Part shown: positions 10,710 through 22,958 of the stretch, one piece after another
Layout: each line of letters starts with the position of its first letter
Position numbering within the stretch: position 1 is the first letter of the stretch
NCBI GenBank assembly: GCA_043228905.1
Contig: JBHGNT010000013.1
Coordinates: 12,214,001 to 12,278,000, forward strand
Origin: Azolla caroliniana
Taxonomy: Eukaryota; Plantae; Polypodiophyta
Direction of reading: 5' to 3'
Length of the DNA: 64,000 bases
Position numbers and translations under genes: made by a program
The notes under the pieces: model-generated
Told to the model about the DNA's origin: nothing
The model's database searches: none
What the model saw: the letters and a program-made list of their open reading frames with translations, nothing else

Positions 10710-10891
10710 TGTTTTTAGGAATAATCCTGAAGCTTCTAGAATGTTCCAGAGAGATCTGGAATATACATCAATTTTCTATGATAAAGTATAAATGAAAATA
10801 ATATTCTACAAATTACAATTCATAGTCTAATGATAAGAGCTCAACCCATGTAGCATAAGGTCATGGGTTCGAGTCTTGCCATATCATGACA
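10710..10891 (-). repeat. Probable truncated 5' LTR of the chromovirus remnant, containing a tRNA-like segment
   Basis: Minus strand begins TGTCATGATATGGCAAGACTCGAACCCATG; fused directly to RT, implying an internal deletion; partner LTR not in window. Confidence 0.5.
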
Positions 10892-10993
10892 CCCAACAAG
10901 TTTTAGCTAACTCTATGTTATTTTTAACTTCCTCTTTAACTTTTTTAATCTCGTCCTTTATATCCTCCATGGAGGATATTTCACCGTCCTCTC

Positions 10994-11435
10994 TGTTATT
11001 CCTTGGGGTCGGACAATGGCCTAACACGGGTGTCTACGGAAGACACTTCACCAAAGGGGTGCTACGACGAGATAACTTAAGACTCAACGATTAATTAGGC
11101 TTTAATTGGTTACTTAGCAATATGGCATTAGACTTGATACACGCGTATGATAGAACAATTAGCATAGAATGGTAATCAACACTTAAAGATAAAACAAGAA
11201 GCTCTATTAATTATCCGTCAAAGTTTTACATTGTAACTGGGCCTTTATATAGGTCACCGGTGCTGAGTACAAAACGGTGCCAACCGGCACCTGTTCGGAA
11301 CCGGTCCGGATCCGGATCGGCATACTAATTCTGGTCCGTCTGTTCATGTCTCATAAACTACTTAATTATAATAGATTCTGAATAAACAATCCCTTTCACA
11401 TTTTGGTCTTTAACTCCTTTGCCGGCCGGGTAACA
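10994..11435 (-). repeat. 3' LTR of element B
   Basis: Direct repeat of 31800-32242 with multiple substitutions; TG...CA ends. Confidence 0.93.
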
Positions 11436-11488
11436 CATGGCACGCCCGTGGGACAATACCTTGTACGTCGAATCCCACTATCCGGCCC

Positions 11489-14428
11489 TTAGCCTTTGTA
11501 CAAGATATCCAGAATACTCTGCTCCAGGGTATCCAATGGTTCTTCAGGAATCTGTTGTTGTTGCTGATGTGGCTGTTGTGGCTGTGGTTGCTGTTGCTCC
11601 GACTCTAGCTCTTTTGACTGTTGCTCCTTGGATGGCGTCTGTTCGGCTCCCGGTACTGGCGGTTGTGGCGGTGATTCCTCCATCAGTTGCTCTGCCGGAT
11701 TTGACTCCGGTTGACTCGCCCCAGCCTTGTCCTTGCCCCGGCGATGGCTCCTCATCGCTGAGGTTGACGGTCGCCGCCTACCTTGCTTCTTCTTGCCGTA
11801 GCCTAGTTTGCTCATAACTTTCAAATTGGATTTGAGCATCTAGTCGATCATCGTCCAACTGTGCTACTAGTTGTTGGACCACTGCTGACTGTTCTTCTGC
11901 TAACTCATCTCTTACGGTGGTGAAGTCCTCCTTTGTTAGCATGTAGCAGTCATCGCCATCCTTCTGCAGGTTTTCCACGTCCACCCTTAGCAACTGGAGC
12001 TCAGATGTGTGCTTTGCCCATTTGTCCCACCATTGCACAGAGCTTTCGTCAATCAAGCGTTTTGTCTTGTTCCTCCATGCCTATACAATGAACTGGATCC
12101 GCTCAAGTCCCATCTTTGATTTGTCCTCCGCGGCTTGCCATGCTTCCTTCAATTGCTTGATCAGCTTCATCGTGTCCGCTCTTGCTCCCGGTAATGTGAC
12201 AATTGGTTTTGGTAAGTGTTATGCAACCTCTGCAATACCATTGTTGCTCTTTCCTTTTCTTCATAATGCTGCTTATGGAGCTCCATACGTTCTTGCGCGG
12301 CTTCCTCCAGTAGCGTTGTTCTTTTAGCCCGTTCTTCAGCTAGCGCTGTCTCGGCTCAATGAACTTCCTGCCGGAGCTCTACCATCTTCTTATGCTCCGT
12401 ATCCAGGTGCTTATAGTCCCGGTGCAGGTGCTCAAAATCATCGGTCTTCTGCTTCAGCTTCTGGTTGAGTTTCCGGCGAGTGCGGTCTTCCCGATCGTTA
12501 TGTTGACAGAGTTCTTCTTTAAGTCTTTCAATCTCCGTTTCCGCCATCCGTCACAACTTATCCTTTTCTTGTAGCATTTTCTCTTTCTCCTCCTTAAGCC
12601 GGTCATATGCCTGATGTCCTTTCCGCAGATTCTCTTCTGCTCGATGGAGGTTCTCAGCAGTCTTTCTTTATTCTTCTTCTGCCGCTTTCTTCAAGTCCCT
12701 TTCTCGGGTGCGTAATGCTTCTTGTGCGGCCAATTCATCTTTCAATTTGGCAAGCTCTTTCGCTTCCGCCGCCACTGTCTCCGCGATTGGTTCCGTCTCC
12801 GGGGTCTTATTCCTATGTATAGGTGCTGGTGTGTCTTTATTCTGTACATCTACCGGAGTCACCGGTGCTTGGACATGTGGTCTGGTTAAGACCATTTTGG
12901 CCAATTCTTCTGTGGCCATGTCCAAGTCTTGTTCTAGGCTCTGGATCCTCGACTGGGCCGTCTCTAGTTCTTTGGTTGTGACTAGCAACCGGTCCATGTG
13001 CACTTTCTCTTCCGCCTCTATGTAGGGCACCACTCTGACAATCTGTTCTCCAATCCACCGGAGCCATTGGCTGCCGGTGCCCTGTTGTTGCGTCTGCACA
13101 GAGGGTTGGCTGTTGGTTCTGCTAGCCAGTGGTCGGTCTTGTCCGGTTGCGTCGAGCTGCAACTCTGTCTCTGGTTGGCGATCACCAAGGCGACCCCCCT
13201 TTGGAGATGGAGGTTCTGGTTCTGGTTGCACCTTCGTTGGCCGCTCCGCCTCTAATTGCTCTTGACCTGCCGGTGAGGGTGGCAACTATACTATCAGCGC
13301 TTGAATTTCGGGTCTTGCCGTATCCTGACCCACCGGTATAGCTTGTTGTGCAGGAAGCTTTGTGACCGGTTCTGTCCGAACCGGTTCCGGTTCCAGCCTT
13401 GGTGTGGGATGCTTAGTGCGGGGTAGAGGCGTTCCATCCTTCTTTGGGTCCGAACACTCCCTGACCTATTCTGCGGTGTTTGCCTTCTAGCACCGCTGGA
13501 GGTGCTCTAACGGTTCCTCCTCCGCTTCCTCCTCTTGAGTCCCGATGTTGATTTTTGCTGCCAAGGGGTCCGGCTCTTTTTGAACCGGTCGGTGAAATAT
13601 GATCTTGATTGGCCCTGCCGGTGTCTCCTCCTGCCGCTTCCTATTGGCGCGCTCTTTTGCCGCCTTGTCCGTGTCGGTCGCGTTCCCTTTGGGTGCCTTA
13701 GAGGCCAGCAACTGTTGTCGTTTTGAAGCCGTTTTCGGGGTGCCTTCGGTCGTTCGCCCCCGCTTCGTGGTCTTGATGGGCTCGATAGGTGGTGCCAATA
13801 GGGTGAGGCATGGCGCCATTGCAGTCCATATTTTCCGACCCTCCTTGCCTCTTACAGAGTTGATGGCCGCACAGAGGCCGTCCGCAATCAGTACCGGCCA
13901 GTCCACCTTCACGCCTCCATACGTTTCTATGACTAAGCCGGCTCAGTTTTGAGGCATGCACGGGGGTCGAGGGTATACATGTCCAAATTCATGGAGCACA
14001 CGAGCAATCTCTCGAAATAATGTATCTTCGTCACCCTGTGTCCTGTAGGCCTTGCTAGCTAGAGAGTATTCGCCAAAATATTTTTGGAGCTGCTCCGGGG
14101 TAGGGTTGTCGATAGTGAAGATGCCCCCCTTCGGAAGGCCAATCAAAGCATGGATGGCCTCCTCCGTGATTAGTTCTGTGTCGATTTCCTTTACTATCTT
14201 CTCGGCCTCCCGATGCGGTGGCACCTCCATGATCGTGAGGAAACCTTCTAACCCGTGTTGCCTTAGCCACTTCTTGGCTGCTTCAGAGAGTGCTTGGCAG
14301 TCGAGGTTGGTGAGCGCTGGTGAGGGATGTGTTTGAGGAGGCTCTGTGTGCGTGGGCTTGCATATGATGATCTTCAATCGCCTATGTGCAGTTGTGCTCC
14401 TCTGTTCGCGAAATGTGAAGACCTCCAT
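11489..14428 (-). pseudogene. Decayed extra 3' ORF of element B
   Basis: Fragments ALSEAAKKWLRQHGLEGFL, KVDWPVLIADGL, VAQLDDDRLDAQIQFESYE match ORF2 of A; stops and frameshifts. Confidence 0.9.
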
Positions 14429-14716
14429 GTGATGAGAGTTTTCTTGCTGCATGTTGGCGCCTTTTTTTCTTCCCCACGTGTGTGCACGTCGTGTGCTAGA
14501 ATAGAATGGCGTGCCATGTGGCGGCGGTTTAATACCCTATTAATAGCCCACTACGTACCTTTTCAAAGTGCCTGTTCACTCCTTGTTCTTGCATGTGTCC
14601 GTTCACACCTCGCCCTTGCATGATTTACTTTGATTTGATTTGATTCTTCTTTTTTTTTTTTCTTTTTTTTCAGTCCTAAAATGTTTGGTTAATTCGCATC
14701 CGGTCCCACTGAACCC

Positions 14717-16166
14717 CTATCCGAATTGTGGGACTTGCCGGCCGTTGGACTGCTTGCCGTTTGCCGGCTCGTGCTCCCTCTTACCGGCTTCGCGCTTGCC
14801 GTTTGCTAAACGTGTTGCCGTCTCTTCCGACTTACCGGTGTCCGGTTTTGTGTCGGCCTTTACTTGTTCAAATGGGTTTCTTGGCATGGGTCCATTGTAT
14901 GGTTTGAGTCGGAACCCATTGACCCATTTACCCAGAACCTCGCCGGCGAGTGTCCCTAACTGGTAGGAACCGTTGAACTCACGCGTGATCCAGTATGGAC
15001 CGGTCCACCGAAACCGTAGCTTCCCCGGCATCTTACCCATGTGGGTCTAGAATACTAGTACCAGCTTACCGATTTCGAACATCTTTTCGTTCCCTTTTCG
15101 GTGACGATCCATGAACGCTTTCCTTCGCCGCTGCTCTAGTTTTAGGTGCATGATGTTGGCTAGTCGGTGTTCTTCCAATTCGCACAACGTAGCTAACCGG
15201 ATCGCTTCCGATTCCTTCTCATTTAGGCGTTCCCGAATCTGTATTCGTAAACTAGGTACCTAGAACTGGACTGGCATCACCTCCTCCAATCCGAATGCTA
15301 GGCGAAACGGTGTTGTGTGGATACTTGTCTTATATGCCGTTCGATAGGCCCAGAGTGCACTATGTAGCTTTGTATCCCAATCCGTCCGGTTCTCATTGAC
15401 GATTTTTCGAAGGATGTTCTGTAGTGTTTTATTTGTTGACTCGGCTAATCCGTTGGCTTGCGGATAATAGGGAGTGCTCCGTTTGTGCACCACCGCATAG
15501 AATGTCGTCAAACTTTCCACTACTTGCCCTAAGAAGTGCCCACCTTGGTCACTTATTAGCTCTATCGGACATCCATAGCGGCACCAGATGTATTCATATA
15601 AAATTTTTGCCGTGGATGCCGTGGATGCCGCGGTGTTGTCGTGTAGTGCTTTGGCTTCCACTCATTTTGTGCAATAATCCGTAGCGACAATCACGTACCG
15701 GTTACCGGTTCTCATTGCTGGTGGTTTGAATGGACCGACAAAATCCAACCCCCATTTTTGAAATGGTTCTAATGGTAGCACGGGCTAGTGAGGCATCCTG
15801 GCTTGTTCGGTTGGTTGGCCCATTCACTGACATAGGTCGCATTCTTTAGCGTACCGGACTGCATCCTTCAATGTTGTTGGCCACCATAGTCCACTCTGCC
15901 ATATTTTCCTTGCCGTAGCGTCTCCGCCATAATGTCCTCCAACCACTCTGCAGTGTGCTTCGCGCAATATTATGTCCTTTTCATCGTTGCGCATTGCACA
16001 CTGCCATATGCCATCTACGCCTCTGTGGTGCAGTGTGACCTGTAATAGATAGAAGTGCCGGCTTTGAACAACTAAGTGTTTCCTCTCATCTCTGTTCATC
16101 TCCTCCGGAGGTAAGCCGATGCTCAGAAATTGGTGCATGTTGGTTAGCCACTTGTCTTCCTCTGTG
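14717..16166 (-). pseudogene. Element B integrase remnant
   Basis: IWQSGLWWPT, ISDQGGHF, GKLRFRWTGPYW with premature stops. Confidence 0.92.
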
Positions 16167-16171
16167 ACCGT

Positions 16172-16368
16172 TGTCGAATACAAGTGTATAATGGACGTAT
16201 TCACACTATCCCTTTGTATAGATCAAGTTTGGGCCATTTGTGTAATTAGCATAAATGGTAGTTGCCCTAAGTCGGTCACTATATATAGTGACCTTGTAAC
16301 CTTTTTGTAAGGTTGGTTGTATTATTGGTTGTATTATTGTTTCTATTGAATAGAAAGAGTCTTTTGTG

Positions 16369-16416
<48 letters not shown>

Positions 16417-19400
16417 GTGCACGATCTCAGAAACTGTCATACGCAGGTACTCAACCCCAATCGAATGCTACTTGATCTTCCGCATTGACGGCCTTGTCTA
16501 CAACATTTGGTATCAGAGCCTGCACAGTACTCGGTTCCTCAACCCGCTGTCGGCCGTCGTCTCAGCCTGCACAGCATTCGGTTTCCTGCGTCATTCGAAG
16601 AAGAGAGAAGAAGAAGAAAAACGAGGCTTGCATCTCATCGCGTTAGATCATCTTCGCTTGGAGTAAGCCAGCCGGTTGTACTCTGTTCCTTGTGATCGTA
16701 ACCGCTCGAGGTGAAATCCCCTTGTGCAACATTGACACGATCGTGCTCCACTCGGTTAAACGGCATCCGAAGAGGTCATCAAACGCTGCTCGCCGCTCAT
16801 TGTAACCACTCGGTGCAGATCGGTCTCAAGACAACAACCCAAATTCGTGCTTCATCCGGCTGATCGACATTCGGGAGGATCAGTTGGATCCGTCTCTCTC
16901 GTCGCTGCAGTCACCCGAAGCAGAATCGGTCCAGACAATCGGTTTCAATAATCGGTATTTGGCATATATATTCGGAAGCGAACCGGGCTCACTCCGACTC
17001 GGCAACATTCGGGAAGACCAGTCGGTTCTGTCCCTCAAGTTACCGGAGTCAATTCGAGCAAGTTCAACAATACATATATCCGAAGCCGAACCGACTCGGG
17101 TTCAAATCCGACTAGAACGATATCGGGTGAGCCAACCGGCTGCACTCCAACAAGGTTCGTAGTCAACTCCGAACCGAGCTTCGTCAACCGAAACCAAATT
17201 TGATGGCATCAACATCCGGCTCGTCAGAAATGAGTCTACGAAAGTTCGATGGATCGAACTTCAACTTCTGGAAGGAGCAAATGCAGGACTATCTCATAGT
17301 CAAGGGGCAAATCGATCCCATCGAAAATGAAGAACCTCCAGAAGGATACAAACCAATTGAGTGGCAGAAGCTAGACAGAATCGTCCGCGCCACGATTCGG
17401 ATGCACCTATCGGAATCGGTATACTTTACGGTGCAATCGTGTACGACAACATTCGAACTGTGGAAAACACTGTCGGACACCTACGAAAAGAAGGTCGCTG
17501 CAACAAAGATGTTTCTGATCCGGCGCCTCTACAACTTGCGGATGAAAGAATCAGATTCGGTTCAAACACATCTCAATGAGTACGAAAGCATAAGCTCCCA
17601 AATCTCATCTCAGGGGACGGAAATCGAGGATGAACTCAGAGCAATGATACTCATGAGCAGCCTTCCCTCATCATGGGAAACTTTCGTCACAACCGTGTGC
17701 AACGCGTCAACCACGGCTGTTAAATACTCCGAAGTCACGAGCGCAATCCTGACCGAAGCAGCTCGGAGAAAGTCTTTCGCCAAAGACTCAACAGACGACG
17801 CTTATGTAGTACAAGGTTCGACAAACCGATCGAACATACGAGGAAGAGATTCCTCACGACAGCCGAACAATCAGCGAAGACGGAGCCAGTCACGGGATAA
17901 TCGAATCTGCAACTATTGTAAGAAACCCGGACACATCAAAGCCGACTGCTGCGCACTCAAGAACAAGAACAACAAGTCTCAGAAATCAGACAAGAAGAGT
18001 GGCCGGCATGAGGAGATCAATTACGTCAGCTTCTCAGCTGATGTGCTACCAAACGACCCGAATATACTATCAATCGAAAATCCAGTCGGATCAGAAGTTC
18101 TGCTCACGACTGAAGAATCGAGCACATGGCTCTTAGATTCGGGCGCGTCATTTCACGTGACTCCTCATCGATCCCAATTTCGGCAATATACGATCCGTCA
18201 CTCCGACTCAGTTCGAGTCGGCAACTCGCAACACTGTGACATCATTGGAATCGGCACAGTAGAGCTCAACCTTGCAGGTGGCTCTACACTTGTACTTCAC
18301 AATGTCCGACATGTACCCGAGCTCTCAAGGCCATTGATCTCAGTCGGACAACTAGATGAAGACGGCATTCGTGCCGGTTTTTCTTCGGGAGGGTGGACAC
18401 TCCACAGGGGGAACCTCCTGCTTGCTAGAGGACCCAAGATACACTCACTGTATCCGTTACATGTTACGCTCAGAGAGGGTAACCTGTTTTTGGTGGATAT
18501 TCCTGTGTCATCACTATGGCACAGAAGATTAGGACACCTCAGCAAGGCCGGCATTACGCACCTATCTAGAGCCGGATACATCCCTAAACTCTCCTTCTCG
18601 GACCATCAATTCTGCGAACATTGCCAGTATGGCAAACAAGCAGCCGCATCACACCCGACATCAGCACCAAGAGAAACGAGACCTCTCGATTTAGTCCACT
18701 CGGACGTCTGTGGCCCAATGCCGCATCAGTCTCTCGGCGGTGCCTCTTACTTCGTCAGTTTTATTGACGATTCGACTCGAAAGGTGTGGGCTTATCCAAT
18801 TCGCACCAAAGATCGCGTCTTCTCGATCTTCTCCGATTGGCTCGCTATGGTAGAAAATCAAACTGACCGAAAACTGAAATGCTTTCGGACCGACAATGGG
18901 GGAGAGTTCAAATCAGAAGAATTCGTCAAATTCTGCCGACAACGCGGCATCCGACGTGAATTTACGGCACCATACAGTCCGGAGCAAAACGGGATTGCAG
19001 AACGCATGAATCGGACAATCCAAGAACGGATAGTTTCCATGCTCCAACACTCCGGACTGTCGGATGGCTTCTGGGCAGAGGCTCTACTCACGGCAGTACA
19101 CATCATCAATATGTCGCCAAGCAGACCTCTAGGACTTCAAATTCCTCAGGAACTATGGATCGGCAATAAGCCGAATTACGACAAGCTGAGGATCTTCGGA
19201 TGCGAGGCGTACGCCCTTATTCCGAAAGATGATCGCCGAAAACTTGCACCTCGGTCCAGGAAATGCATTTCCTTGGATATGGATCAGACGGCGAAATGGG
19301 ATACCGACTCTAGGACCCCGAACGCAGACAAATCGTTCGAAGTTCGGACGTTGTGTTCAACGAGTCGGCTATGAATCCATCAGTCAAAACACCGATCGAA

Positions 19401-21623
19401 GTCCGAAGGGTAACATTTTCCGATGTGCCGACCCTTCAAGAAGGCCCCGCTCTTAACACACGGTCAGCTTCACGGGTAGCTGAACCTTCCACTACCGACT
19501 CGGACAACTCTGACTCGGCACAGCAGAATAATCCGCTTTCGGACCATCCGACCTCGATACCCGATACGACCAGTCCAATCATACCTCGACGATCCGAGAG
19601 ACTGTCGCAACCTCCGGAGAGGTATTCTCCTAGAATTTTCTTCACCGACGCCGGCGAACCGACGTCTTACGAAGAAGCATCGACATCTGTTGATTCAGCC
19701 ACCTGGCACCTGGCGATGGAGTCGGAAATGCACTCCATTCGGGCAAACAAGACTTGGGATCTGGTCGAATTACCTAAGAATCGACGTGCTCTTCCTTGCA
19801 AGTGGGTTTATCGACTAAAAGAGACGTCTGATTCGACCACCCCAAAGTACAAGGCCAGATTAGTTGCGAAGGGCTTCCGACAAGAATATGGCGTCGACTT
19901 CGACGAGATTTTTTCACCAGTGGTGAAAATGACAACCCTTCGTTTTCTACTCGGCGTAGTGGCAGCCGACAACTTGGAGCTGATTCAGCTAGATGTCAAA
20001 ACAGCCTTCCTCCATGGTGATCTTGAAGAGGAAATTTATATGGAGCAGCCAAAAGGCTTCGTGGCAACTGGCCAAGAACATCTAGTCTGCCGACTCAGGA
20101 AGAGTCTATACGGCCTCAAACAGGCACCGCGACAATGGTACAAGAAGTTCGACGACTTCATCCAATCGATCGGCTTCTCCAAAAGCGATGAGGACCATTG
20201 TCTTTTTACCAACACAGCTCAAGATGGATCACCCATCTTCCTCATCATTTACGTGGACGACATGCTAATTTCTGGACGCCACGCGGGCGAACTTGCCGAT
20301 CTCATTCGGCAATTGCGGTTGAAGTTTGCCATGAAGGACCTCGGTCCAGCGCGACACATACTTGGCATGAAGATTAGTCGGCATCGCGATAAACGACATC
20401 TTTTTTTGTCTCAAACTGACTATATCGGACGTGTCTTGGAACGCTTCAACATGCAATCAGCCAAATCTGCTTCAACCCCGCTCCCCATGAATCTTCGGCT
20501 CTCTTAGCGAGACTGCCCGACATCCGGTCCGGAGGGGGAAGATATGAAGTCGGTACCGTATGCACTGGTAGTCGGCTCCCTTATGTACCTGATGGTCGCG
20601 ACACGGCCTGATATCTCTCATGCCGTAGGAGTCGTTAGCAGATTTATGCACAATCCTGGCCGATCGCATTGGAACGCAGTCAAGCATGTGTTCAAATATC
20701 TGGCTGGCACAAAAGACCACGGCATTCTTTTCGGTCCGAACTCGACCTCGGGCGTTGTCGGTTACACCGACTCGGACTTCGCCGGCTGTATAGACAGTCG
20801 GAAATCAACAACTGGATACTGCTTCAAATTCGGCAATGGAGCAATTTCGTGGAAGTCGAAACTTCAGGAGTGCACAGCGACCTCAACGACCGAAGCAGAA
20901 TATGTAGCTGCGTCCGACGCTGCAAAAGAAGCTTTGTGGCTCGGCCGGCTGGCGCACACGTTTCGACAAGTCGACCATGACTCGGCCCCAGTTGTCTATA
21001 ACGACAGTCAAGGTGCTGTTGCCTTGTCGAAAAATCCGGTTCACCACAACGCCTCCAAACATATCGACGTTCGATATCACTTCGTTCGGGACTGCGTCAT
21101 TTCAGGGAAAATCGGTCTAGAGAAAATATCCACAACCGACAATGTCGCAGATGGAATGACCAAGTGTCTTTCGGCAGACCGCTTTCGGTCCCTTCGGCAT
21201 CAGATGGGCGTAACGACAAACCAGTCCGGTTAGAGCCGGACACAGCGCAGGATGGTTTCAGACAACCGACATCAGTTCCTTAATGATCGGCTTCAACTCT
21301 TCCGACCCGACCAGTCCGGTCTTCTGCCTTCGGACCCTGCCGACTCGAACAAAACTGATATGTCCGAGAACCTAGGTTTATACCTGTAATCTTAGATAAC
21401 CCATGTATACGCCCATTACGGGGGAGTGTCGAATACAAGTGTATAATGGACGTATTCACACTATCCCTTTGTATAGATCAAGTTTGGGCCATTTGTGTAA
21501 TTAGCATAAATGGTAGTTGCCCTAAGTCGGTCACTATATATAGTGACCTTGTAACCTTTTTGTAAGGTTGGTTGTATTATTGGTTGTATTATTGTTTCTA
21601 TTGAATAGAAAGAGTCTTTTGTG

Positions 21624-21665
<42 letters not shown>

Positions 21666-21754
21666 GTGCACGATCTCAGAAACTGTCATACGCAGGTACT
21701 CAACCCCAATCGAATGCTACTTGATCTTCCGCATTGACGGCCTTGTCTACAACA
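16172..21754 (+). mobile_element. Element C: Ty1/copia LTR retrotransposon nested in B
   Basis: LTRs 16172-16505 and 21427-21754, TSD ACCGT (16167-16171 and 21755-21759), PBS TGGTATCAGAGCC (tRNA-iMet, 16508-16520), PPT GGGGGAG before the 3' LTR. Confidence 0.97.
17203..21233 (+). pseudogene. Copia gag-PR-IN-RT-RH of element C, disrupted
   Basis: CNYCKKPGHIKADC, WLLDSGAS, HSDVCGP...RTDNGGEF, YVDDM, TDSDFAG; frameshift near 19270, TAG stops near 19311 and 20505. Confidence 0.93.
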
Positions 21755-21759
21755 ACCGT

Positions 21760-22163
21760 ACCATCCGATGTCGTTTCAGCTGTGACTCTAAACAGCTCTG
21801 CGTTCGGAAACTCGTCTAGGACGCCGTCACCAGTTTCGCCGGAATCTAACTGGCTCAAATAGTTTGCTACCGCATGTTGTATGTCGGGTAGGTGGAATAT
21901 CTCGAACTCGAATTCTTGTAATAGTAACGTCCACCGGGCCAGCTTACCGGTGAGTGATGCTTTGGACACCAAATAGAGGAGCGCCAAATGATCTACGTGA
22001 AAGGAAAATTTCCTTCCCAACAGATAGTGTCTAAACTTGGTGACACTGTAGATCATGCCCAAGGCCTCTCTTTCCATTGTGGAAACGTTATGCTTGGGAC
22101 AGCTTCCGACTGGCATAATACACTGGCCGGTACAACTTCGGTTTTGTAAGTTGCATAAACGCG
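21760..22163 (-). pseudogene. Element B RNase H remnant between the two copia insertions
   Basis: EREALGMIYSVTKFRHYLLGRKF...KLARWTLLLQEFEF. Confidence 0.9.
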
Positions 22164-22242
22164 CTCCTTGTTGGGAGACAGGTCCCTCCGGATGGGAAGG
22201 GAGAAGAACAGTGCCGATGAACAAACTCGGCCGAGGCCAAAA

Positions 22243-22455
22243 CCGGATGAGGAGTACTCGGCTACGGAGAGCCGGATGGTACAAACCCGATGAGAACCGG
22301 ATGAGGAGTACCCGGCTATGGAGAGCTGGATGGTACTAACCCGGTGAGAACCGGATGAGGAGTACTCGGCTACGGAGGACCGGATGGTGCAGACCCGGTG
22401 AGAATCGAATGAGGAGTACCCGGCTACGGAGAACCGGATGGTGAAGACCCGGTGA
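22243..22455 (+). repeat. 54-bp tandem repeat (~4 units) in U3 of the element D LTR; also at ~27038-27250
   Basis: Unit CCGGATGAGGAGTACYCGGCTACGGAGAGCCGGATGGTRCARACCCGGTGAGAA starting at 22243, 22297, 22351, 22405. Confidence 0.92.
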
Positions 22456-22958
22456 GGAGTGCTCTCCGGATGAAGAGACATATTCGTAAATATGTCTGTG
22501 AGAGTCCATCGTGGCTATATTTGTAAATAGCCGAAAAGTCATATTAGTATAAATATGAGTTAGGGCAAATCTTTTGAGATAGTTGTTGTCATTCTTGTTG
22601 GTGCAAGGAGAGAGAGAGAGAGCGTAACTGTGTACAAAGAGAGAGAGAGAGAAAGAGGTCGTTGCCTCTGTTGTAACCGCCGCCTGTAGCGAGGATCGTG
22701 AGCACGAGGTCGTTGCCTCCGTGAACTCACTGTTGTACATTCTAACATAGTGATAGTTTGCGGCCTGTGGGCTGCTGTGGTTTTTTCCCTTAGTTTGGGT
22801 TTTTTTCCACGTAAACATCCTGCGTACTCGTCTCTTCTTCGTGTCATTCATTATTTCTCGTTTTCTGTGTATGATTCTAAGCTCGGTTGTGGCCGAGCGT
22901 TGCGTATAGGGAGCGTGCAGTTCTCGACAAGTGGTGTCAGAGCGAAACGACACAGAAA

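Noticed and set aside
10820-10885. Functional tRNA gene (also 52860-52926)
   Set aside because: A/B boxes are present but no complete cloverleaf or acceptor stem could be built; treated as tRNA-like LTR modules.
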